Of a stretch of 64,000 nt of DNA, positions 8,333 through 18,140 are shown one piece after another. Below the pieces are notes generated by a model that saw nothing but the letters and a program-made list of their open reading frames with translations, was not told where the DNA came from and did not search any database. Every line of letters starts with the position of its first letter. Position 1 is the stretch's first letter. Both the position numbers and the translations under genes were made by a program. This DNA is from Candidatus Aenigmatarchaeota archaeon (GTDB lineage Archaea > Aenigmatarchaeota > Aenigmatarchaeia > GW2011-AR5 > JACRAC01), in the NCBI GenBank assembly GCA_016187395.1, contig JACPJV010000039.1, positions 5,663 through 69,662 on the forward strand, read 5' to 3'.

Positions 8333-8549
8333 CATAATTTATTACTTCAGAAATTCTACATCAGGAATGTCTCTGAAAGGATTGTGTTTACTTAGGGTGT
8401 GATTTGCTTCCTGTCAAATCAACTGATGAGCAATAGCGATATTGTCATAAATTCACTCATCAGTCATTCTGCACCGTGAGGCGGCATTTACAAAATGCCT
8501 CCCTGCTTTTTGATTCAATGAAATCATACGCCAAGTTAACAGAACCCTG

Positions 8550-9341
8550 CTACCACACCTTGAGATCTCCGTTATTCCCTACGATATGTATATCCTTTAC
8601 GTATACGTTCGCAAACTCGAACCCTATGGCTCCTATATTTGGGCTGTTAAAATCGAAGAAGTCTGATTCCTTGGTAAACCCGGTTATAGAGTGGTTAAAC
8701 TGGAGCCAGACGCCGCACTTCTTCTCCTCCTTAGACAGGGTGTATCCAGCGGCAATGAACCCCTCGCTATTGAAGCCCTCGGAATTCTGGCTGCTTACAA
8801 AGACTAGCTGGTCGTACAGTTTAGGTGCAGCCTCGTCAAAGCATTCAGAACCATCCTCGTAGAAAGGTATATTATACTTGAATTCGAGGCGCGCACTGTA
8901 TACGGGGTCAATATTGTTGTAATTTACCTCGTTTATGTATGCGTCTGCATAAGAACCTCTGGTAAATTTTCCATCAAAGTCCGTGAAAACAGGAACTTCG
9001 AAGAATATCGCATCCGCATAAAGGCAGAATCCAAGCTTTTTGTTGTCGTTGTAGCTCTCCTTCCAGGGGCCCGGAGGCACGCCGGGATCATTGGCGCAGC
9101 CAGGCCTCCAGGGAAGATTTTCATTATATAGCTCAAGAACAGGTGCAGGAACAGGCAGGGCAGGCTGCTCCGGAATCTCTGCGACAGGCTGTTCCAGAAC
9201 ATCAGGCGTCTGCTCAGCCTCTTGTGGAACAGCAGGTTCTTCCAGGGTTTCTGCTATAAAACCGGTTATATTCGGGTATACAATTATCAGAACCGCCATG
9301 GCAAGGACGACTGCATAAAACCTGTACATACCCGAAACCAT
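8550..9341 (-). CDS. secreted protein of unknown family (paralog of 9400-10074)
   Basis: N-terminal hydrophobic signal or anchor. Shares with its neighbour ENLPWRP-C-ND, ADAYIN, RLEF-Y--P-YEDG--CF, PKL-DQLVF and CG-W-QFN. Start at ATG 9341. Confidence 0.7.
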   Translation of the reverse strand: MVSGMYRFYAVVLAMAVLIIVYPNITGFIAETLEEPAVPQEAEQTPDVLEQPVAEIPEQPALPVPAPVLELYNENLPWRPGCANDPGVPPGPWKESYNDNKKLGFCLYADAIFFEVPVFTDFDGKFTRGSYADAYINEVNYNNIDPVYSARLEFKYNIPFYEDGSECFDEAAPKLYDQLVFVSSQNSEGFNSEGFIAAGYTLSKEEKKCGVWLQFNHSITGFTKESDFFDFNSPNIGAIGFEFANVYVKDIHIVGNNGDLKVW

Positions 9342-9399
9342 GCTATTAGAATCCAATGGAAATATTTATAACACGATATTACCAATAAAAATTAGCAAA

Positions 9400-10074
9400 T
9401 TACCATACTTGCGTCACAATTCCGTCGTAAGTTACAAAGCGTGCATTCCTGACGTACATGTTGCCTATCTCGAAGCTCAGAGCACCTACTGTTTTCTTGT
9501 TCGCATCAAATGATTTGCCGAACTCGTTCTTGAATGCACTTGCACTCTTGTTGAACTGCATCCACTCGCCACAGTTGCGTTCAGCAGAGGTCATTGTATA
9601 CCTGCCTGCGTTGAAGTCATCAGTGCCGAACGTGTCGGCTTCTTCATTGGCTATAAACACAAGCTGGTCCATCAGCTTCGGCCCTGTTTCATTAAAGCAC
9701 GTCACTCCGTCTTCATAAAGCGGGAAATAGTACTCGAATTCTAACCTAAGAAAGTTATTTGGATGGCCTATAGCAAAGGGACTGTTATCAGCTAGTTTAT
9801 GATTTATATAGGCATCAGCCCACGTTCTCTTGAACCAGTTTCCATCAAAATTTCTAGCAACACCTATCGGGAAGAACATAACCGTGTCATTATACTGGCA
9901 GAATTTCAGCCTCTTGGCTGAATTGAAGCTTTCGTTCCAGGGCGCTGGCGGCGGGCCATTAACATCGTTCTGGCATGTGGGTCTCCAAGGCAGATTCTCG
10001 ATATGCACTGCGCTTACGGCTGTGACAAATAAAATTGCTACCACAGCCATTGCAGCCAGAAGATGAATTTTCAT
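9400..10074 (-). CDS. secreted protein of unknown family (paralog of 8550-9341)
   Basis: Signal peptide MKIHLLAAMAVVAILFVTAVSA, and the same conserved blocks as the neighbouring gene. Confidence 0.7.
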   Translation of the reverse strand: MKIHLLAAMAVVAILFVTAVSAVHIENLPWRPTCQNDVNGPPPAPWNESFNSAKRLKFCQYNDTVMFFPIGVARNFDGNWFKRTWADAYINHKLADNSPFAIGHPNNFLRLEFEYYFPLYEDGVTCFNETGPKLMDQLVFIANEEADTFGTDDFNAGRYTMTSAERNCGEWMQFNKSASAFKNEFGKSFDANKKTVGALSFEIGNMYVRNARFVTYDGIVTQVW

Positions 10075-10211
10075 TTACTCACTACTTATTTTTAGGATTT
10101 GAAAATATTTATAGACGAAATGGAGCTAAAAAGCCCTTGTTTCTGCCTTGAGTTGTTTTAGTCTGTTTCATGCTTTCAGATATTTATTTGGCATGAAACC
10201 AATATCATCTG

Positions 10212-13200
10212 ATGGGTCATAGACTTTTGCTTGCATTAGTAGTCTTAGTTATATTCAGCTCTGCTGTTTACGGATATTCAAGAGAGGAAATCAATGTGAC
10301 ATCCTGCAGAGGCGTCACCTGTACTGTTGCGAACTTTAACATCAACACAAGCGCAACAATAGGAGCTTCGCCAGGAAAAGGTGATACAGTTTATACAGGG
10401 TGGTCTAACACCACTTTTCCTTCAGAAGCAACTATCCAGAAGGTCAGATTCAGGTTCAGATATACAGGGCAAAATGGTCTGGACAATTTATGGGAATTTG
10501 ATTTTAGAACAGAGAAATATGTAACTTCTTACTGTACAAACACACTAGTGCAGTGCGACGCAGCCTGCGATGTGTACTACGAAGCTAATCTAACAGAGCC
10601 CGGTTCTGTGTGCGACTGGACAAAATCAAAACTTGATGATCTGAACATATCTGTATTAAATAATGATGCAGGAGGAGGCAAGACAGGCGATGTAACCTTC
10701 ATGGACATGGAGGTGCAGTACGTCGTGGCGCCGAACGTCTCTGATCCTGTGACTGCGGACCTGGACGGAGTTGTCAAGAAAGAATTTCGCAACAGCGAGG
10801 AGGTGAATATCACCGTGAACGTGAGCGACTTCGAGGGTTCCGGCGATATAAGCACGGTTCGAATCACAATCATAGATTCGGCAAATACCGCAAGGGTGAA
10901 TAACGCTTCAATGACTGCAGGCCCTTCCATTGAAAAGGGCTTCATATACAATTTTACATACAACCTGAGCTTTCAGGGGCCTTCAGGCGAATGGAGGGCG
11001 AACATCTATGCCAACGACACAAACGGTTTCAACGGCACGAATTCAACCAGGTTCAACGTCACGGTGGTGCCTTATGTTAATGTGACGTTCATAAGCCCGA
11101 CGCCGGTAAACAACAGCAACATGACAGAGCTGGATATTTTGTTCATAAACACAAGCGCTTTCGGGGAAGTGAACAACATAGACGTATGCCTGCTGGAGTT
11201 TGACAGCGTTAATGAATCTATGACTAAAAACGCCTCAGGCAGAAGCGCCTACTGCGATAAGGCAAAAAGATCGCTTTCATTGGGGCAGCATTCGTACAAG
11301 GTCTACGCAAACGACACGAACAACAACTGGAACGTGACGGAGACAAGGAACATATCTGTAAATCCGCTCCAGTTCATAGCGATGCTGAATATCTCGCAGC
11401 TTCCCAGCCAGATAGGATGGACGTGCCAGTCATGTGTTGCAGGCGGAAAATTCTACGAGAGGCTTGTCAGGGGATTTGATGCGACAAATATCATGAGAGG
11501 TGTGCTTTCTGTGAGCCACAACTTCACGCAGATAAGCATCAACACGAGCGCACTCGCAGCACTTGCCCGTGGAGGAGGAGTAACATCTGCAACAAGCGCT
11601 TCGCACAGCCATTTGCCCGGAAGCGCAAGCACTACACAAACTCAAAGCATTATGCCTATATCAAAGAGCGTTATAGTTGCTAACAGGACGTATGCCAATG
11701 ACCTGATCATCCCTTCAGGCACGCTGCTTTTATTCAATTCGACGTCAGCTGTGCCTTCAGAGAACTGGACGATTGTCAACGGCTGGAATGATTTTCATCT
11801 TATAGGCAATGCAACATTCGGGCAGGAGATAGGAAGCAGGGCGCATAACCACACCCTGGTTGCAAACGGCACTAATACTTCAATAGACGATGCAGGAAGC
11901 GTTATAGTCGTAATCACTTCAGGGTTAGTTGCACTGGATGGCCACGTCCACCCGTTCCCAGAGGATGTTACAAGCACTCCATCTGCCCAAAGCTCGGCAA
12001 ACTTCGTGACTGCGATATTGGCGCAGGCTACATCAAATACGAATATTCCGGAACGCGCATATGCACTGTTTGACGGAACGCCGCCGCAGGGCTGGAAGGT
12101 GCAGAGCAACCCAGACAGCTGGTTCTACAACCGCACTATAATTCCGAACGGAACGTTTGGCGTGACAGGCGGCGATGAGAGCGGGCACAATCACACATCA
12201 CAGATATTGATAACAGGAACGACCACAACGGTCGTGGGAGACATCTCAGCACTATCTGAACCAGCTTCAGATGCAACGCATAAGCATGAGATGAACGTTT
12301 CTTACACAGAGGAAAAAGCCACACCTGCCTCGACAACGGTTATAGTCGCGCAGCGCAACGCAAAGCCGCGGGTCACGCAGCCGCAGTTCAACATCACAAA
12401 CGCAAACTGGTATCTGACTGCGAACACAACGGCCACAGACGCAGACCTTGAACCCCTTGAAGTCTATATCAACTGGACGATAAACGGAATATTCAGGGTG
12501 CAGAACAACTATACAGGCATCCTGAACGGCACGGTTGTGAACGATACGCTAAATCGTCTCAACGCAAGCTACGGCGGCGTGACGTACAAACCCGGCGATA
12601 ATATCACGGTCATGGTCTGGACAGGCGACACGTACGAAAACAGCACAAGCGCGCCAAATAACAGCATCATAGTGGATAATATCCCTCCCGCTATAACATA
12701 TCAATCACCAACGCCTGCGGAAGGCACGAACACAACGGAAAACTGGACAGCAGTCAACGCGACAATAAGCGACAATCTCTACAACACATCTGCTTTTATT
12801 GATTTCAACAGCTCTTTGATTGGCTACTGGTCGTTTGAAAATTTCGATAATTTGAATATATTCGACAATTCTTCATACGGTCTTAACGCATTCTACGCAA
12901 CGCAGGCAAACGCAAGAAACATAACCACAGGCTATTACGGAAACGGATTCCTGATGAACAGGAGCGGTGCATGCACAAGCTGCGGTCTGAATGCGACCAA
13001 TGCCACGCCTTTCTACTTCCAGAATGGATTGACACTCGAAGCATGGGTTATTGTGCATGAGAACACAACGCTTATAAAATATATAGTTGGAAAAAGAACG
13101 GCTTGGGACTTGACATCAGACAGGACTAATGAAATACAATTTTCTATAACAAACCAGACAGCGACAAGAGATCTTTCTTCAAACGCTGGGATAGACGGCG

Positions 13201-16200
13201 ACGGGAAATGGCATCATATAGCTGGAACGTGGAACGGAACGACCATGCGAGTGTATCTTGACGGAAACATAAAAAACAGCGCAGCCTTTGGCGGTTTAAT
13301 CAACTTATCTGAATGGCGTGTTTTTCTGGGCGGAAGAGATGGCTCGAACACTGGGTCAAACCAGACTTCAGACGAGGTAAAAATCTGGAGCCGTGCATTA
13401 AGTGCAGAGGAAATCAACGCAAGCATGAATACAGCAAAAACAAGCGGCAGCGTTTACAGCAACTTCACAGAACTCAGCGACGGAGTGCGCGCTTACCGCG
13501 TCTATGCCATTGACCAGGTCGGCAACCTGAATATCAGCAGCCAGCGCAGAGTCACAACAGACACAACGCCGCCGCAGGGCACGTACGTAAGCCCGACGCC
13601 CACAGACGGGGAAAATTCTACAAATACCACGTACACGTTCAATGCCACGGTTGACGATGCGCTGCTGCCTATAAGCGCAGTTCTGTTTGAGCTTGACGGG
13701 ACCAATTATACAGCCGGCACAAACGGCACAGGGATAAGCATTTATGCCAATTTCACGGCGTCAAGCCTTTCTGTGGACGTGCATTATTACAAGTTCTGGC
13801 TTAATGACACATTAAACAACAAAAACCAGACTCCGAGAAGAAACGTGACCGTGCAGGCTGCCGGGGCTGTGACAGGCCTGCTCATCGCTTCTCTGCTCAA
13901 TACAACGTACAACCTCACGGTACCGCAGAACGAGACGTTCTACATCAATGTGACGGTAGGGTGCCAGGGCGCAGGAAATATAACGTGCGGCACTGTCAAC
14001 GCAACAGCGCGCTACAATTTCACGTCAGCCACGGTCCCGGACACAGCGATTGATGATAAATTCTGGAACCAGACGCTGTACATCGTGAACGTGACGATGC
14101 GGAAGATGAGGAATTTGACTAGGGTGGGGAATTTGACACTTGAGCCGACTGAAAGTCTCTCTGTAGTTCTTATGGATTCTTATGGCAGTTTCTTATACGT
14201 GGCCACTGCTTCATCACCAAGCCATCTGATAAAAATAAATCTTATTGATTTCAAAAGAGCTGGAAATATTACTATTGAAAAACCCGGATTAGGAGAATAT
14301 AGTTTTCGTTCAGGAGTAATAGATACCAACAATGGCTTTCTATATCTAGGATCGCGTAATTCACAATCTCCTTCTGGAGAAATAATCAAGGTAAGACTTT
14401 CTGATCTAAAAGTAGTAGGAAACATTACTTTGAACCCCGGAGAACAAAATTTATCGTCGGCTGTTATAGATACAGAAAATGGTTTTGCGTACTTTGCGGC
14501 AACTGCACCACCAGGTATTATTGTAAAAATAAATCTTTTGAACTTTTCTAGAGTAGGTAATCTTACGCTCAATACCGGAGAGGATCAGATTATGACAGGC
14601 GTTATAGACATACAAAATCAATTTGCATATTTTGGAACTATAAGTTATGACGAGAGCAATACTGGAATCGTAAAGGTTAATCTATCTGATTTTACAAGAA
14701 TTGGAAATACGTCAGCGGCTCCTGGAGCTCCAGGATCATCTGTTATAGATGTCGATGCCGGATTTGCTTATTTTGGAACTGTACGAGGCGGTATTTTAAC
14801 TAACGATGTAATAAGAATAAATCTTTCTGACTTTAAGAGAGTCGGAAATGTTAGTATCGGTATAGGAGAATTGCAGTCAGCCGCTATAGATACAGTGAAT
14901 AAGATAGCATACTTTGCATGGGATGCGAATCCTTTAAATTTGACCAAGATAAACCTTTCAGATTTCACTTTGATTGGAAATGTTGAATTAAATGCAACGA
15001 AAATAGCATCATTAGGGATAAGCGATCCAAAAGCAGCTATTGATGTTTCCACTGGTTTTGCATATTTTGGCGCAGCAAACGATGATGTTACATTGGTAGT
15101 CAAAGTCAAAGTAGATCAAGTCCCGAAGCCGCGCAACGTGCTGGAGAGGGCTGGGAATTTGACGCTGGGCACAGGCGAGGACAACTTTACATATCAAGCA
15201 TCCGTAATTGATTCTGAGAAAGGAGTCGCATATTTCGGTACTGCTACCTCGCCTGCGAAAATAATAAAGGTTAATCTTTCTGACTTTAGGAAGATAGCAA
15301 CTATAACTTTGAATGCAGGCGAAAATAGTCTGCGCTCAGCTGCTATAGACGCCAAAAACGGTTTTGCATATTTTGGCACAGCCACAAATCCAGGTATTGT
15401 CGTCAAAATTAATCTTTCTGATTTTTCTAGGGTTGGAAATGTAACTTTGAATACGAATGAAGCCGATCTCAGATCCGCAGTTATAGATTCCGAGAAGAGA
15501 TTTGCTTATTTTGGCACCTTCACTCCACCGGCAATTATTGTGAAGATTAACCTCTCTGATTTCTCAAGATTAGGGAACTTAACCCTAAATACGGGCGAGG
15601 ATAACCTGACATCAGCTGTCATTGATACTGCAAGTGGTTTTGCTTACTTCGCTACACGGACAAATCCTGGCAAAATAATTAAGATTAACCTAACTGATTT
15701 CACTAGAGTAGGTTCAATTACACTGAATACAGGAGAGCGTACAATGGAATCGGGTGTAATTGATGTAACAAACGGCTTTGCTTATTTCGGTGGACTGTTC
15801 GGGAATGTTGTTAAGATAAATCTCTCAGATTTTACCAGAACAGATGGTATTGTGCTTCCAACAAGTATAGTATCCGGGGCGATTGATACACAAAACAATT
15901 TCATATATTTTGGGTCAGAAGACACTCCGGCTAATATAACAAGACTTAACTTATCAGATTTTGCCGGAAATATCACAATTAATTTAAATTCGAATGAAAA
16001 CTTTTCATATTCCGGATTTATAGATATAGAAAGAGGCTTTGCATATTTCGGTACGGATACTGCACCCGGAAGAATAATCAAAATCAACCTCCGCCAGCGG
16101 AACCCGGTGGATTGCGGCACGCTGTCGCAGGACGAGGGGGCGACGTGCCTGGTGAACTGGCTCGTAAGGGCACCTGGCCCGGTAGGCACGCAGCATTTTG

Positions 16201-16715
16201 TTGATGGGATGGCTAACTCATCGCTGGCAGGAGACAACCAGAGCGCAGATTTCCAGGTGAATATAACGGGAATTACGAAGTCAATCGCACTTGCTTTGTC
16301 GAATGCTCTCTCACGGCAGATACACTGGACAATTGATGTCTTACCTATATTCCAGCAGTTTGCTGATGGAAATAATGGAACAAATTCAACTGATTACAGG
16401 ATAAACGTATCAGCTACAGGCACTACTGTAGATGTCTATATACGCGCAAGCGGACCTCTCGCAACACCCGGAGGAACTGCCCTTATAGGACTTCCGAACG
16501 AAACGTTCAGCTACAACACGACCAATGTAAATGTTCCAAGCGCAAACAACCGTTCTCTAACCACAAGCTTTTCTGACAACAAGATAGGTGACAACCTGAT
16601 CAGTGGCTCTGGAATTTTCCTGAAATTCTTCTTGAACGTCAGCAGCGGTCAGGACGCAGGAACTTATAACAACACCGTCGAAATCAAGGCCGTGGAGGCT
16701 GGGCAGGCGCCTTAG
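10212..16715 (+). CDS. giant surface glycoprotein/adhesin (2167 aa): Ig-like domains, LamG-like lectin domain, 14 propeller-type repeats, C-terminal pilin-like domain
   Basis: Signal peptide and very many N-x-S/T sequons. The LamG/ConA-like block is GYYGNGF...LTLEAWV...GKWHHIAGTWNGTTMRVYLDGN...VFLGGR...DEVKIWSRALS. Long uninterrupted ORF. Confidence 0.9.
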   Translation: MGHRLLLALVVLVIFSSAVYGYSREEINVTSCRGVTCTVANFNINTSATIGASPGKGDTVYTGWSNTTFPSEATIQKVRFRFRYTGQNGLDNLWEFDFRTEKYVTSYCTNTLVQCDAACDVYYEANLTEPGSVCDWTKSKLDDLNISVLNNDAGGGKTGDVTFMDMEVQYVVAPNVSDPVTADLDGVVKKEFRNSEEVNITVNVSDFEGSGDISTVRITIIDSANTARVNNASMTAGPSIEKGFIYNFTYNLSFQGPSGEWRANIYANDTNGFNGTNSTRFNVTVVPYVNVTFISPTPVNNSNMTELDILFINTSAFGEVNNIDVCLLEFDSVNESMTKNASGRSAYCDKAKRSLSLGQHSYKVYANDTNNNWNVTETRNISVNPLQFIAMLNISQLPSQIGWTCQSCVAGGKFYERLVRGFDATNIMRGVLSVSHNFTQISINTSALAALARGGGVTSATSASHSHLPGSASTTQTQSIMPISKSVIVANRTYANDLIIPSGTLLLFNSTSAVPSENWTIVNGWNDFHLIGNATFGQEIGSRAHNHTLVANGTNTSIDDAGSVIVVITSGLVALDGHVHPFPEDVTSTPSAQSSANFVTAILAQATSNTNIPERAYALFDGTPPQGWKVQSNPDSWFYNRTIIPNGTFGVTGGDESGHNHTSQILITGTTTTVVGDISALSEPASDATHKHEMNVSYTEEKATPASTTVIVAQRNAKPRVTQPQFNITNANWYLTANTTATDADLEPLEVYINWTINGIFRVQNNYTGILNGTVVNDTLNRLNASYGGVTYKPGDNITVMVWTGDTYENSTSAPNNSIIVDNIPPAITYQSPTPAEGTNTTENWTAVNATISDNLYNTSAFIDFNSSLIGYWSFENFDNLNIFDNSSYGLNAFYATQANARNITTGYYGNGFLMNRSGACTSCGLNATNATPFYFQNGLTLEAWVIVHENTTLIKYIVGKRTAWDLTSDRTNEIQFSITNQTATRDLSSNAGIDGDGKWHHIAGTWNGTTMRVYLDGNIKNSAAFGGLINLSEWRVFLGGRDGSNTGSNQTSDEVKIWSRALSAEEINASMNTAKTSGSVYSNFTELSDGVRAYRVYAIDQVGNLNISSQRRVTTDTTPPQGTYVSPTPTDGENSTNTTYTFNATVDDALLPISAVLFELDGTNYTAGTNGTGISIYANFTASSLSVDVHYYKFWLNDTLNNKNQTPRRNVTVQAAGAVTGLLIASLLNTTYNLTVPQNETFYINVTVGCQGAGNITCGTVNATARYNFTSATVPDTAIDDKFWNQTLYIVNVTMRKMRNLTRVGNLTLEPTESLSVVLMDSYGSFLYVATASSPSHLIKINLIDFKRAGNITIEKPGLGEYSFRSGVIDTNNGFLYLGSRNSQSPSGEIIKVRLSDLKVVGNITLNPGEQNLSSAVIDTENGFAYFAATAPPGIIVKINLLNFSRVGNLTLNTGEDQIMTGVIDIQNQFAYFGTISYDESNTGIVKVNLSDFTRIGNTSAAPGAPGSSVIDVDAGFAYFGTVRGGILTNDVIRINLSDFKRVGNVSIGIGELQSAAIDTVNKIAYFAWDANPLNLTKINLSDFTLIGNVELNATKIASLGISDPKAAIDVSTGFAYFGAANDDVTLVVKVKVDQVPKPRNVLERAGNLTLGTGEDNFTYQASVIDSEKGVAYFGTATSPAKIIKVNLSDFRKIATITLNAGENSLRSAAIDAKNGFAYFGTATNPGIVVKINLSDFSRVGNVTLNTNEADLRSAVIDSEKRFAYFGTFTPPAIIVKINLSDFSRLGNLTLNTGEDNLTSAVIDTASGFAYFATRTNPGKIIKINLTDFTRVGSITLNTGERTMESGVIDVTNGFAYFGGLFGNVVKINLSDFTRTDGIVLPTSIVSGAIDTQNNFIYFGSEDTPANITRLNLSDFAGNITINLNSNENFSYSGFIDIERGFAYFGTDTAPGRIIKINLRQRNPVDCGTLSQDEGATCLVNWLVRAPGPVGTQHFVDGMANSSLAGDNQSADFQVNITGITKSIALALSNALSRQIHWTIDVLPIFQQFADGNNGTNSTDYRINVSATGTTVDVYIRASGPLATPGGTALIGLPNETFSYNTTNVNVPSANNRSLTTSFSDNKIGDNLISGSGIFLKFFLNVSSGQDAGTYNNTVEIKAVEAGQAP
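14106..16092 (+). repeat. 14 tandem about-42-47-aa coding repeats arranged 7+7
   Basis: The recurrent unit is (I/V)NLSDF-R(V/I/L)GN-TLN-GE--L-SAVID---GFAYFGT---PG-I(V/I)KI. A non-repeat linker (VKVDQVPKPRNVLE) lies near 15110-15160. Confidence 0.8.
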
Positions 16716-16720
16716 GAAAC
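16700..16720. repeat. 21-bp direct repeat, left copy (TGGGCAGGCGCCTTAGGAAAC)
   Basis: Exact match to 20455-20475. Covers the last codons and stop of the giant gene, and the stop of the convergent protease gene. Confidence 0.9.
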
Positions 16721-18082
16721 TTGCTGAAGGATATTCGGATCTATAAAGAGTCCAATCGGTCCAATTTTGTCACAGAGATAACAAGGGGGCGGCAGAAATG
16801 CCACATATATTGTTACTGAATCTTCATCATGCCTCAATTGAGTAATGCTGATTCTGTTTATACGGTCGTAGAAAAGTGAACCGTCTGAGAGCGCCTCGTC
16901 GTAGGCGTATTTCTTTGTTTTCGGCGTGGCATCGATGAGCTTCGTCTTGCTTGCAGAAATGCCGTCCCAGACATGAATAAGAGTGCCTTCTGTGATTGCG
17001 TCACTCAAAAGGTCATCAAAGCCGATAGGCCGCCTATACTCTAGAAAATAATGCTCATTAGTATCGGGCTTTGCTATCTTTAACACCTGCGTTCCGAAAG
17101 CTTGCGCTTCCAAAGGAAAATAAATTGTATAAATGCCACTTTTTGCTATTTCCTGCACGCTTTCTGGGCTTATCCACCCGGCTGCAATCTTGTGCGGGGC
17201 ATTCAGGTGATGGTAGCGGTTTCCCATCACGTCGTAAGAATCACCTTGCTCTGAAAAAATGCAATTAGCATAGTCGTCTATAGCACGAAAGCCGCAATCC
17301 AGGCTTCCTGAATGGTGCAGGCTGAATGTGTGGCCGATTTCATGCGCATACAGCTGTTCCCAATTTTCGCCGTTAATCCAGATTTTTCTTGGCGGGTCCC
17401 CGCCAAGCTGCCCCCTTCCTGCCCAATTGCAAACCTCTGACGAAGGGAAGAAATATATCACTCTGTCATAATTATTGACATCATAATTATCCTTTGCCGC
17501 CAGTTCTTCGGCAGCCTGTGACCACAAGCCATAATCACAAGTGACATCATTGGTGTTGTCTATAGTGTACCATCCTATAACATCACCAGAAAGCGAAACT
17601 TTGCCGAAGGAATTTTCCTGAAAGAAATTGTTCGGCGAAAATGTACCCTCAAACAATGTATAATTTATCTGTTCTGCGAGGTAGGGCTTACGCTGGTCGT
17701 TGATGAAGTTAAACATGATTACAAGAACACGAAGATTGTTATCTGCTGGATCTGGCTCTGGCAAGCGAATTACAACAAGATTCTCACCATCCACTGAAAT
17801 CTGCTGCCCGCTAATTTTTCCTCTTATTCTGATAATAGAATCAGGAATTAGCAAAGGATCTCCCCTGAATACTAATCTGTAAAAATCACCTTCTCCAGAC
17901 TCTAAATAGTATGCGTTTTCGCTATGCTGGCTAATGAAGTCATCGCTGTGTATTATGATAACTCTGCCCTCGACTTCTGCTGTGTCATATTCTTGCAGCG
18001 CAAAGACCGTTTGATTTGGCACAGCAATCAGAGCTGCTATCAGCAAAAGCATGAATGCCACGCTTGCATATTTCCATTTCAT
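16712..18082 (-). CDS. secreted zinc metallopeptidase (HExxH...H)
   Basis: N-terminal signal or anchor (MKWKYASVAFMLLLIAALIAVP). Active-site motif YAHEIGHTFSLHHSG. ATG start at 18082. Confidence 0.75.
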   Translation of the reverse strand: MKWKYASVAFMLLLIAALIAVPNQTVFALQEYDTAEVEGRVIIIHSDDFISQHSENAYYLESGEGDFYRLVFRGDPLLIPDSIIRIRGKISGQQISVDGENLVVIRLPEPDPADNNLRVLVIMFNFINDQRKPYLAEQINYTLFEGTFSPNNFFQENSFGKVSLSGDVIGWYTIDNTNDVTCDYGLWSQAAEELAAKDNYDVNNYDRVIYFFPSSEVCNWAGRGQLGGDPPRKIWINGENWEQLYAHEIGHTFSLHHSGSLDCGFRAIDDYANCIFSEQGDSYDVMGNRYHHLNAPHKIAAGWISPESVQEIAKSGIYTIYFPLEAQAFGTQVLKIAKPDTNEHYFLEYRRPIGFDDLLSDAITEGTLIHVWDGISASKTKLIDATPKTKKYAYDEALSDGSLFYDRINRISITQLRHDEDSVTIYVAFLPPPCYLCDKIGPIGLFIDPNILQQVS

Positions 18083-18140
18083 GTTTATCAAAAAGGTATA
18101 ATAGGCAATACCTTAAATAACTTCCGCAAATCCATTATAT

